Below are positions 51,592 to 60,375 of a stretch of DNA of 64,000 bases, in pieces. Positions within the stretch are counted from its first letter, which is position 1, and each line of letters starts with the position of its first letter. The translations under genes and the position numbers were made by a program. The notes below the pieces were generated by a model. That model searched no databases and was not told the origin of the DNA. It saw nothing but the letters and a program-made list of their open reading frames with translations. Source of the DNA: an uncultured Campylobacter sp. (GTDB lineage Bacteria > Campylobacterota > Campylobacteria > Campylobacterales > Campylobacteraceae); the NCBI RefSeq assembly GCF_938030685.1, contig NZ_CALHHX010000168.1:4752-68751 (forward strand), read 5' to 3'.

Positions 51592-52136
51592 TGATTTATT
51601 TAGCTTCCAGTTCGCCTACTAGAGCACAAATTCTAAAGGATAGCGGCGTAGAATTTACGCAAATTCCTTTTAATTTCGACGAAAGCGGCGTTAGTAAGGA
51701 CGATGCACGCACCTATGCTTACCGCGTTGCTGTAGCCAAGAAAGTGCAGTTTTTTAAAATTTATAAAAATTATGATAGAGTGCTGTTTGCCGATAGCTCT
51801 GTGCTTGCCGGCGGCGAAATTTTAGGCAAGGCGCGGGATGAAGCGGACGCGTTAAGGATGCTGCGAGCCCAAAGCGGTGCTAGCTGCGCCGTTTATACTG
51901 CGATGATTTTTTGCAGTAAGGCGTTAGAGCTTTCGGCACTTAGCGTCGCAAGCTTTGAATTTACGGAATTTACTGAAGCGGATTTAAAAGGTTATATCGC
52001 TAGCGGTGATTGGCGCGGCAAGGCGGGTGCGATGAGTATCGAAGGCTTTAACGAAAAATATATCAAAAGCTCGCGTGGGTCAAAATTCACGGCGATGGGG
52101 CTTGATCTGGAAATTTTAAAGAGGTTTATATGGTAA
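51591..52136 (+). CDS. maf: Maf-family nucleoside triphosphate pyrophosphatase
   Basis: IYLASSSPTR, ADS...ILGK, GKAGAM. Confidence 0.92.
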   Translation: MIYLASSSPTRAQILKDSGVEFTQIPFNFDESGVSKDDARTYAYRVAVAKKVQFFKIYKNYDRVLFADSSVLAGGEILGKARDEADALRMLRAQSGASCAVYTAMIFCSKALELSALSVASFEFTEFTEADLKGYIASGDWRGKAGAMSIEGFNEKYIKSSRGSKFTAMGLDLEILKRFIW

Positions 52137-54040
52137 GAGTTTTATTTAGTTTTATTACGGTTTGCGCGTTCGCAGCAGGCGGCATCTTTTTGTATTTTTA
52201 TTCGCAGATCCGCTTGGAATCGGACTCCATAATCAATTATCATCCAGAGCTCACGACTAAAATTTACGATCGCAACGGCAATTTGATAGCCAATGTTTTT
52301 AATGAACAAAATAGAATTTACGTAAAATTCGACGAGATTCCAGGCCGCGTGATCGAGGCGCTCGTAGCTATCGAGGATACGGCGTTTTTCGAACACGGCG
52401 GTGTGAATGTCGAGGCGATTTTTAGGGCGATTATTAAGGATGTCAAAGCGATGAAATTCGTCGAAGGAGCCTCCACGATTACGCAGCAGATCACGCGAAA
52501 TTTAGTTCTTTCTAGCGAAAAGAAGCTTGATCGCAAGATCAAAGAAGCGATCCTATCGCTTAAGATAGAAAACGCCCTAAGCAAGGAACAAATTCTAGAG
52601 CGTTACTTCAACGAGGTGTATTTCGGGCACGGATATTACGGCATCCGCACGGCGGCTTTGGGATATTTCAAAAAGGATTTGCAAGATTTAAGCCTTAAAG
52701 AGATCGCGATTTTAGTGGGCTTGCCGAAAGCTCCTAGCAGCTTTGATCCTACTAAGCACCTGGATTTGTCGCTTTCGCGCGCCAATAACGTGATTTATAG
52801 GATGCATGAGCTCGGCTGGATAAATAAGACCGAATATGAGCTTGCGATGAACGAGCAGCCTACGATTTATAATGAAACGCTCACGCAAAACGCAGCGCCG
52901 TATGCCGTAGATGAGATCATAAAAGAAGCGGAAAAAATTCTACCGGATGTCCGCACGGGCGGGTATCGCATAGATACGAGCCTTGATTTAAAGGCGCAAG
53001 CGATGGCGCAAGAGGCATTAGTTTTCGGCTACAATGAAATTTTAAAGCGCAACAAAGACGCTAATGCAAGCAACGTAAACGGCGCTATGGTCGTCACGCA
53101 TCCGCAAAACGGCGAAATTTTAGCCTTAGTAGGTGGCGTGGATTACGCGAAATCAAATTTCAATCGCGCCAGCCAATCCCAGCGCCAAACCGGCTCCAGC
53201 TTCAAGCCTTTCGTCTATCAAATCGCCCTTGATATGGGCTACTCGACGATGACCGAAGTTCCCGATATAGCTAGAGAATTCGACGATGGCAGCGATAAAA
53301 CGTGGAAGCCGAAAAATTACGACAAGACTTACAGCGGCTATATCACGATCAAAGAAGCTTTAACTCGCTCGCGTAACCTTGCCTCGATCAATTTGATGCA
53401 ATCTATCGGCGTTGATCGCGCGGTAAAAAAGCTGGGCGAGTTCGGCTTTAAAAACGTCCCGCCCGCCCTGTCAGTGGCTATCGGCAGCTACGGAATTTCG
53501 CCGCTTGAATACTCCACGATGTATTCGATGTTCCCGGGGCTTGGGATTACTGCAAAATCAAAATTTATCGTTTCGATTACCGATAAGGACGGCAAAACTC
53601 GCTTTATAGAGCCTGAGCGACGTCGCGTGCTACGCCCTGAGCAGGCATATCTGATGACTACGCTACTAAAAAATATCGTGCAGCGCGGCACCGGCACTCG
53701 CGCGCGCGTGCAAGGCATCGACATAGCGGGCAAAACAGGTACCTCAAATGATAGTATAGATGCATGGTTTTGCGGCTTTACGCCGGATTTGCAGATCATA
53801 ATCTGGTATGGCAACGACGATTATAAACCGATGCGAAAGGTCGAGGGCGGCGGACGTACCGCAGCACCGGTGTTTGCAAAATTTTTAGATGCCTATTTAA
53901 AAGAATATCCGCAAACCAAACGAAATTTCACGGTTCCGGACGGCGTCTTTAGCAGCTCATACAACGGCAAGGAGGAGTACTACACTAAAATTTCGCCGCT
54001 TCCTAAACCCCGAGAAAGTAGCAGCGACGGATCATTTTAA
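52130..54040 (+). CDS. pbpA: Class A bifunctional penicillin-binding protein 1A
   Basis: Transglycosylase EDTAFFEHGG, GASTITQQ, RKIKE; transpeptidase SSFK, SRN, KTG. Confidence 0.95.
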   Translation: MVRVLFSFITVCAFAAGGIFLYFYSQIRLESDSIINYHPELTTKIYDRNGNLIANVFNEQNRIYVKFDEIPGRVIEALVAIEDTAFFEHGGVNVEAIFRAIIKDVKAMKFVEGASTITQQITRNLVLSSEKKLDRKIKEAILSLKIENALSKEQILERYFNEVYFGHGYYGIRTAALGYFKKDLQDLSLKEIAILVGLPKAPSSFDPTKHLDLSLSRANNVIYRMHELGWINKTEYELAMNEQPTIYNETLTQNAAPYAVDEIIKEAEKILPDVRTGGYRIDTSLDLKAQAMAQEALVFGYNEILKRNKDANASNVNGAMVVTHPQNGEILALVGGVDYAKSNFNRASQSQRQTGSSFKPFVYQIALDMGYSTMTEVPDIAREFDDGSDKTWKPKNYDKTYSGYITIKEALTRSRNLASINLMQSIGVDRAVKKLGEFGFKNVPPALSVAIGSYGISPLEYSTMYSMFPGLGITAKSKFIVSITDKDGKTRFIEPERRRVLRPEQAYLMTTLLKNIVQRGTGTRARVQGIDIAGKTGTSNDSIDAWFCGFTPDLQIIIWYGNDDYKPMRKVEGGGRTAAPVFAKFLDAYLKEYPQTKRNFTVPDGVFSSSYNGKEEYYTKISPLPKPRESSSDGSF

Positions 54041-54113
54041 ATTTGGATGGAAATCTAAATTTTATCCGCAGATTAAAAGCAATAAAATATATGGTCAATT
54101 TTAAGGGTCAAGA

Positions 54114-54764
54114 TTGCAGGATTTAGAATTTGAAAGTAAAAAGATAAGAATAGAAAACACTCGTATAAAATTCGGTAAATTTTTTACGAAATTATGTTTT
54201 ATATATTTTTTATATTCTCTTAGCGCCTTTATAATTCCTAAAAATATTTTAGATATTTCTCCTGTGTGCTTGAATTTCGTAAATTTTATGAAAAGCTATT
54301 TTCCAAATATCGAAATTATCGGTAGTATTAGCCCATACACCCAACTTTCTGAATTTTACGTTAGTATTATGTGGATATACGGGATTATTATTTTTGCGGT
54401 TTCTAGCTTATATTCATTGGTTTATTATATTTACTTTTGCAGATATGATGATGATTTTATATTGCTTTCAAAAAAGAAGTGTGAAAACGATTGCCCGTTT
54501 TTGTTGCTTCCGTTTATGTTTGGTCTTGGTATTTTTATGTTTGAGGTTTATTATACCGGATATTTTGCAAGCAGCGGTATAAGCATAAGAACAAGCCATT
54601 TTATGCCGGAATTTCAAAGTAGATTTTCAATTTTTGGATATATCATTTTCTTTCAATCCGGTTTTTCTCTTTCGGGTTCCGTAATATTAATGTCTACATT
54701 CGAATTTATTTACAAAATATATTTCTATTTAAAAGGAGTGAAAGATGCAGAGCAAAGTCAATGA
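54114..54764 (+). CDS. AT-rich hypothetical membrane protein
   Basis: Four hydrophobic segments, TTG start after AAGGG. Confidence 0.7.
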   Translation: MQDLEFESKKIRIENTRIKFGKFFTKLCFIYFLYSLSAFIIPKNILDISPVCLNFVNFMKSYFPNIEIIGSISPYTQLSEFYVSIMWIYGIIIFAVSSLYSLVYYIYFCRYDDDFILLSKKKCENDCPFLLLPFMFGLGIFMFEVYYTGYFASSGISIRTSHFMPEFQSRFSIFGYIIFFQSGFSLSGSVILMSTFEFIYKIYFYLKGVKDAEQSQ

Positions 54765-55456
54765 AAAGAGCGGTGTATTGAATTAAAAATTTGGAGTATT
54801 ATCGTATGGAATTTCAAAGTTATAAATCTGAAATGCCTCTTTTTATGATCAAAGATTATTGGACTAAAATCAGCACAGAATGTTATTTAATATTAGCTGT
54901 ATTTTTAGTCATATTCCTATTTTTCTGCAGAGGAAGTGCTTGGGCATATCAATTTTTAGGAGCCGTTACTTTTTTGGTGGGAATTTTATTTATTAATAAA
55001 CATAAATTTTTAAATTTCTATTCCGATAGAATAGAATATAATTCTTTATGCAAAAATTATAACGATGTATATTCGGTACATAAAAGTGTAAAGGCTTCTA
55101 ATTTCGATAAAATCGCTATTTATAAATTTTCTGGACTAGTAATTGAAGATGCTTGCAAATACAATGCCAATATAACTAGGTTTAAAAAATTTCTTTTGCT
55201 AATTTTATCGTACGCTTTACATCCGATAAATGTTCTTTGCTTCGGTGTACTTAAAATTTTAAGAAGAATAGATAGCATAAATTTAAATGTTCTAATTTTA
55301 TTAGATAGTACTCATAGTAATTATTTTGCCATTCCGCTAACTATGTTAAGTGAGTACGAACGAGCAAATTTGAAAAAGTATTTAAAAGACAAACTAAATC
55401 TAAATCTTGATAATATTGAGATCAGGGATAGATTTATAGATATAAATTTTATATAA
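54745..55456 (+). CDS. AT-rich hypothetical membrane protein, possibly frameshifted near its 5' end
   Basis: AAGGAG-ATG at 54745 reads MQSKVNEKSGVLN*; one fewer base near 54781 would join it to the 221-aa frame 54791..55456. Confidence 0.55.
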
Positions 55457-55528
55457 AATTTTCTAAAACCCTTTATTTCAGTATATTTTAATAAATTCCA
55501 GCTTAAGCAGATAAATTTTATCTTTTTA

Positions 55529-55570
55529 TTGACGAGCCTCAATGCTTATAGAAATTTAAATGGGTAGAAT
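55529..55570 (+). promoter_or_regulatory. Crp/Fnr-family operator (TTGAC-N4-CTCAA) with TAGAAT -10 box upstream of qNor
   Basis: TTGACGAGCCTCAA at 55529..55542; TAGAAT at 55565..55570 places the box centre near -41.5. Confidence 0.7.
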
Positions 55571-55600
55571 TCTCTCCTAATTTCAGTTAAAGGAGTGAAA

Positions 55601-57838
55601 ATGGCAGAATATAAAAAGCTCTGGATGACGCTTGTAGCGGTACTCATCGTGGGCTTTAGTTTCTTGGGTTTTTACGGCGGCGAGGTGTATAGGCAGTCTC
55701 CGCCGGTGGTAAAATTTACCGATGCTAGCGGAGCTGAGCTAATCAGTACCGAGCGCATTTACCGCGGGCAGGAGGCCTGGCAGAGCATCGGCGGTATGCA
55801 GGTGGGCTCTATCTGGGGTCACGGAGCGTATCAAGCGCCCGATTGGAGCGCGGATTGGCTGCATAAGGAGCTGGTCGCGTTTATGGATATCAAGGCGCAG
55901 GAGCGTTTCGGCGTGAAATTTGACGCCTTAAATGACGAGCAAAAGGCGCAGATCAAGGCGCTTACCAAGGCCGAGTATCGCACCAATACCGTAAAAGACG
56001 GCACCGTCAAGCTAAGCGATGATCGCTTGAAGGCTATGGCGGTCGTAAAAGACGAGTACATGGGCGTTTTCGGAAACGATCCGCGCTTTAAAAAGCTTCG
56101 CGAGGATTACGCGATGAAGGAAAACACGCTCGCAAACGAGCAACACCGCGCCGAGCTCGTGGATTTCATCTTTTGGACTGCTTGGGCTGTTTCTACGGAT
56201 CGTCCGAGCGGAGAGGCGACCTATACTAATAACTGGCCGCACGAGCCGCTGATAGACAATGTCCCTACCACGGAAAACGTCATTTGGACAATCATAAGCC
56301 TCGTTGTTTTGCTTACCGGCATCGGCTTGTTGGTTTGGTTCGGAAATTTCTACGGCAAAAAGGACGAGGATTTCGAGGCTCCTGCGAAGCTAAACGCCGA
56401 TCCGATCGCCGCTTTAGCGCTTACGCCGTCGCAAAAGGCGCTCGGCAAGTACCTTTTCGTAGCGATTGCATTGTTTGCATTTCAAGCCTTCATCGGCGGC
56501 TTTGTTGCGCACTACACGATCGAGGGTCAGTCCTTTTTCGGGCTTGATATTTCGCAATATATCCCTTACTCGCTAGCTCGCACCTGGCACGTGCAGGCGT
56601 CCATTTTCTGGATCGCTACGGGCTTTTTGGCGGCGGGATTGTTTCTAGCGCCGATCATCAACGGCGGCAAGGATCCTAAATTTCAAAAGCTCGGCGTGGA
56701 CGTGCTTTTCTACGCGCTTCTTTTCTTGGTCGTTGGCAGCTTCGCGGGCGAATACATGGCTATTGCGGGTAAGATGGATCCAAGCAGCAGTTTCTGGATC
56801 GGACATCAAGGATACGAGTATTTAGATCTCGGTAGAATTTGGCAGCTGATACTATTTGTGGGCCTTGTGATCTGGATGGTACTCGTGCTTCGCGGCTTTA
56901 TCGCGGGCTTTAGAGCCGAGGGCGATAAGAATTTATTGGCGATCTTTACCGCTTCGGTTATCGCCGTGGGGCTTTTTTACGGCGCGGGACTATTTTACGG
57001 ACAGCGCTCGCCGATCCCTGTGATGGAGTATTGGCGCTGGTGGGTCGTGCACCTTTGGGTCGAAGGATTTTTCGAGGTTTTCGCGACGGCGTCTTTGGCG
57101 TTCGTGTTCGCATCCTTGGGCTTAGTAAGTAAGAAATTTGCCACCTACACCTCGATTGCTAGCGCGTCGATTTTCCTAATCGGCGGAATTCCTGGTACCT
57201 TCCACCACCTCTATTTTGCGGGCACTACTACGCCGATAATGGCTGTGGGTGCGAGCTTCTCGGCGCTTGAGGTCGTGCCTTTGGTGCTTTTGGGCTCGGA
57301 GGCGTTTCACTATTACAAGCTTCAATTCGCGCAGGATTGGGCTAAGCGTCTAAAATGGCCGCTTTACTGCTTCATCGCCGTGGCGTTTTGGAATATGCTG
57401 GGCGCGGGCGTTTTCGGCTTTTTGATCAACCCGCCGCTTGCGCTATTTTACATCCAGGGCTTAAACACCACCGCGGTGCACGCTCATACGGCGCTATTTG
57501 GTGTATACGGCTTTTTGGCGCTCGGCTTCGTATGGCTCGTGGCGCTGTATATCTACAGAGAAAAGAGCTTTGACGATACGCTTATGAAGATCGGCTTTTG
57601 GGCGCTTAACGCGGGTCTGCTTCTAATGGTGCTGATTTCGCTATTGCCTGTCGGAATTTTGCAGGCATTCGCGGCGATCGATGTTGGTATGTGGTACGCA
57701 AGAAGCGCGGAATTCTTGCAAAAAGACAGCCTCTACGGGCTCCGTTGGGCGCGCATCATTGGCGATACGATCTTTTTGGTAGGAAGCGTGTGCTTCTTGA
57801 TTCAAATCGTGCGAATGATATTCTCACGCGCTAAATAG
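55601..57838 (+). CDS. norB: Quinol-dependent nitric oxide reductase (qNor, NorZ-type large subunit)
   Basis: GSIWGHGAYQAPDW, WWVVHLWVEGFFE, GTFHHLY, AVHAH, R..GD; single-subunit length. Confidence 0.95.
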   Translation: MAEYKKLWMTLVAVLIVGFSFLGFYGGEVYRQSPPVVKFTDASGAELISTERIYRGQEAWQSIGGMQVGSIWGHGAYQAPDWSADWLHKELVAFMDIKAQERFGVKFDALNDEQKAQIKALTKAEYRTNTVKDGTVKLSDDRLKAMAVVKDEYMGVFGNDPRFKKLREDYAMKENTLANEQHRAELVDFIFWTAWAVSTDRPSGEATYTNNWPHEPLIDNVPTTENVIWTIISLVVLLTGIGLLVWFGNFYGKKDEDFEAPAKLNADPIAALALTPSQKALGKYLFVAIALFAFQAFIGGFVAHYTIEGQSFFGLDISQYIPYSLARTWHVQASIFWIATGFLAAGLFLAPIINGGKDPKFQKLGVDVLFYALLFLVVGSFAGEYMAIAGKMDPSSSFWIGHQGYEYLDLGRIWQLILFVGLVIWMVLVLRGFIAGFRAEGDKNLLAIFTASVIAVGLFYGAGLFYGQRSPIPVMEYWRWWVVHLWVEGFFEVFATASLAFVFASLGLVSKKFATYTSIASASIFLIGGIPGTFHHLYFAGTTTPIMAVGASFSALEVVPLVLLGSEAFHYYKLQFAQDWAKRLKWPLYCFIAVAFWNMLGAGVFGFLINPPLALFYIQGLNTTAVHAHTALFGVYGFLALGFVWLVALYIYREKSFDDTLMKIGFWALNAGLLLMVLISLLPVGILQAFAAIDVGMWYARSAEFLQKDSLYGLRWARIIGDTIFLVGSVCFLIQIVRMIFSRAK

Positions 57839-57866
57839 AGCCTTCGCGAGCTCTTATCGCTTGTTT

Positions 57867-57902
57867 GCCTCGCAGGAATTTTATATTCTTGCGAGGCTTT
57901 TT
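57867..57902 (+). terminator. Intrinsic terminator after qNor
   Basis: GCCTCGCAGGAAT-TTTAT-ATTCTTGCGAGGC followed by T5. Confidence 0.8.
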
Positions 57903-58125
57903 AAATTTTACTCGGCTTTGCGCGAGCCTTTTGTGCGTTAGCTTTTGGCGCAAAGGGTAGCCGTGCGAACCTTTTGCCGCAGACGATATCCGCGCGAGCT
58001 TTAAGCTTAGCCGTAAATTGCGCTAAATCTTTAAAATTTTAAAATTTCATCCTCTTAAATTTACCCGAGCCAAATTTTAAATTTGCTACAATTACCGCCG
58101 AAATTTCAATCTCAAGGAGTGGAAA

Positions 58126-58569
58126 ATGGGTGTGCGAGAGCAAATTTTAGAAGACATTAAAACGGCGATGAAGAGCGGCGATCACTTCCGTAGAGACAGC
58201 CTGAGGATGCTTAACGCCGCGCTTAAACAGGTCGAGGTGGACGAGCGCATCAGCCTTAGCGACGAGCGCGTCTTTAGCATACTTCAAAGCGAGATCAAGC
58301 GCCGAAACGACTCCGTGCAGCAGTACCGCGCGGGCGGTCGCGACGATCTGGCGAAAAAAGAGCAGGGCGAGATCGAGATCATCGCGTCTTATCTGCCCGC
58401 GCAGCTAGGCGATACCGAGCTTGCCGCTGCGGTTGGCTCGTTAATCGCACAGCTCGGCGCTAGCGGCGCAAAGGATATGGGGCGCGTGATGAAAGCCGCC
58501 AAGGAAGCGCTCGGCTCAAGCGTGGACGGCAAGCGGCTGAGCGATGCAGTCAAAGCGGCACTGAAGTAG
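58126..58569 (+). CDS. GatB/YqeY domain protein
   Basis: DIKTAMK, KRRNDSVQQY..GGRDDLA..E..EIEII..YLP, DMGRVM. Confidence 0.93.
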   Translation: MGVREQILEDIKTAMKSGDHFRRDSLRMLNAALKQVEVDERISLSDERVFSILQSEIKRRNDSVQQYRAGGRDDLAKKEQGEIEIIASYLPAQLGDTELAAAVGSLIAQLGASGAKDMGRVMKAAKEALGSSVDGKRLSDAVKAALK

Positions 58570-58702
58570 CCTGCGTTTGAGGCTAAATTTAAGTCCGGCT
58601 ACGGCTAAATTGTATCGACGTAAAATTTCGCTGCTGAAATTTTTTAAGATAGAGCTTTGGCTGCGGAATTTATACGCTAATTTAAAATTTTAAAGGATTA
58701 TC

Positions 58703-59332
58703 ATGAAAAAATTTATCGCGGTTTTACTAGCTGTCCTGCTTGTGGGGTGCCAGTGCAAACAAAACGTAGTGCCTGGGGCGAACGAAACGCCCGAAAAGAT
58801 AACGGCATTTTTCATAAACGATGGCAAGGAATACATCGTAGGCGAGAAACTCAGCTATGTCCTAACGAACGGCTCGTCGCTTAAGAATATCTCGGAATTT
58901 TACGATGGCGGATACGCCAAAGGGCTTAAGCGCGAGTTTGTGCGGATCGAAGTAACCGATGCTAAAAACGGCGAGGCGCGCGGTAGCTTCAGTGCTTTTT
59001 TAAACTCTGCCGCAGGAGCAGACGTCGCCAAAATCAAAGCTCTAGCGAACCGCATCGAAATCGATGAGAAAAAGGGCGAGATTGAAGCGATTTTCTACTT
59101 CGATGCGCGCGTCGTGCAGATCAAAAATCTTAGCGAAATAATGAAGCCAAGCGATAGGCTGCGCTCTCCGATACCCGCTCACATCGAGGTTAGGCCTGAA
59201 CGCTGCGAGGGCAACGTCCTATTGGATACGTTAGGCGTAATCGTGGCTATACCGGTGGTAATCGTGGGCGTAGTGCTATTTCTGCCCGTCGGGGCGATGG
59301 AGGCGCTTGCGATGCAGCATAGCCCGCGATAA
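58703..59332 (+). CDS. Putative lipoprotein with C-terminal hydrophobic segment
   Basis: Lipobox LVGC; AAGGA RBS. Confidence 0.75.
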   Translation: MKKFIAVLLAVLLVGCQCKQNVVPGANETPEKITAFFINDGKEYIVGEKLSYVLTNGSSLKNISEFYDGGYAKGLKREFVRIEVTDAKNGEARGSFSAFLNSAAGADVAKIKALANRIEIDEKKGEIEAIFYFDARVVQIKNLSEIMKPSDRLRSPIPAHIEVRPERCEGNVLLDTLGVIVAIPVVIVGVVLFLPVGAMEALAMQHSPR

Positions 59333-59384
59333 TAAAAGCCGTAAAATTCCGTATCTTGCAGCGAAACTTACAATGTAATGATCG

Positions 59385-60020
59385 ATGAAGCTCGGCGAAA
59401 TTTGGTATAACTTAGATCGCAAGTTCGATCTATTTATGATCGCATTTTATTTGGCGGCGATGTGGTACGGATTTCTTTTTAGCTTGAATCCTAAAAGCTT
59501 AGATGATCTGAAAATCGCAAATGGAATAATCATGGATGTCGGAAGCGATGATGGGCGCGAATATATGCAGATTTTTACGGATGAGCGCAAATTTATCAAA
59601 GTCTTTTTAAATGGCGATACGGATAACTTAACCTCCTTTTATAAAAATAAAATTTTGCTCAATGCAGCAATTGCTGAAGCTAATTTCAAGCGGTTAGGAG
59701 CGGATGAGTGGCAAGGTGTAAATATCAAGCCTTCCATCTCGCTAATCGCATACGAATGGCTGGAAGGAAAGCGAGTTAAAGCTTGGTATCAAAGCCGTCC
59801 GTTTCCGTTTCAGGGTCGCGGCACGGCATATCAAGTTTTATTTTTAGATTATAATGCAAGCGCCGATCCGCCGCAACGCGAGTATCTGATGAAATTCAGA
59901 TATGACAAATACGCTACGACGGATGATAAATTTACGGCTATGGTATTTGGAGCTTTGACGCTCATTTTTCTTGCGATTATGGCGGGTAAATTTTATCAAG
60001 CATGGCGCCAACTGCAATAA
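59385..60020 (+). CDS. Hypothetical membrane protein (N- and C-terminal TM)
   Basis: 211-aa ORF with two hydrophobic segments. Confidence 0.65.
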   Translation: MKLGEIWYNLDRKFDLFMIAFYLAAMWYGFLFSLNPKSLDDLKIANGIIMDVGSDDGREYMQIFTDERKFIKVFLNGDTDNLTSFYKNKILLNAAIAEANFKRLGADEWQGVNIKPSISLIAYEWLEGKRVKAWYQSRPFPFQGRGTAYQVLFLDYNASADPPQREYLMKFRYDKYATTDDKFTAMVFGALTLIFLAIMAGKFYQAWRQLQ

Positions 60021-60295
60021 ACATTGCGCCGCGGAATTTTAAGTAGCATCGGATAGCCTGAAAACACGGCGCGCAGCATCGATACGAAGCACTTTAAAAG
60101 ACGCTAGGCTTGCGGCGTGCATTTCATTGCGGATAGCGGCGGCGCGAGCAGGATAAGCTTACGGCGATAAATTTAAATCGTCATCAAAAGACAGATCGAA
60201 ACGAGATTTAAAATTTTGATAAATAGCTTGCGCCGAGTTTTGAAATTTTGCGACTCTAGCTACCCCGGCTAGCGCTAAATTTTAAAATTTAAACT

Positions 60296-60326
60296 GCGCG
60301 AGATTTCAAAATTTTAAATCTCGCGC
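60296..60326. terminator. Hairpin between convergent genes (possible bidirectional terminator)
   Basis: GCGCGAGATTT-CAAAATTTT-AAATCTCGCGC. Confidence 0.6.
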
Positions 60327-60375
60327 TCGTTTAGCAGTATCCATAGAATTCCAAACGTCAAATGGGACGGATGGA

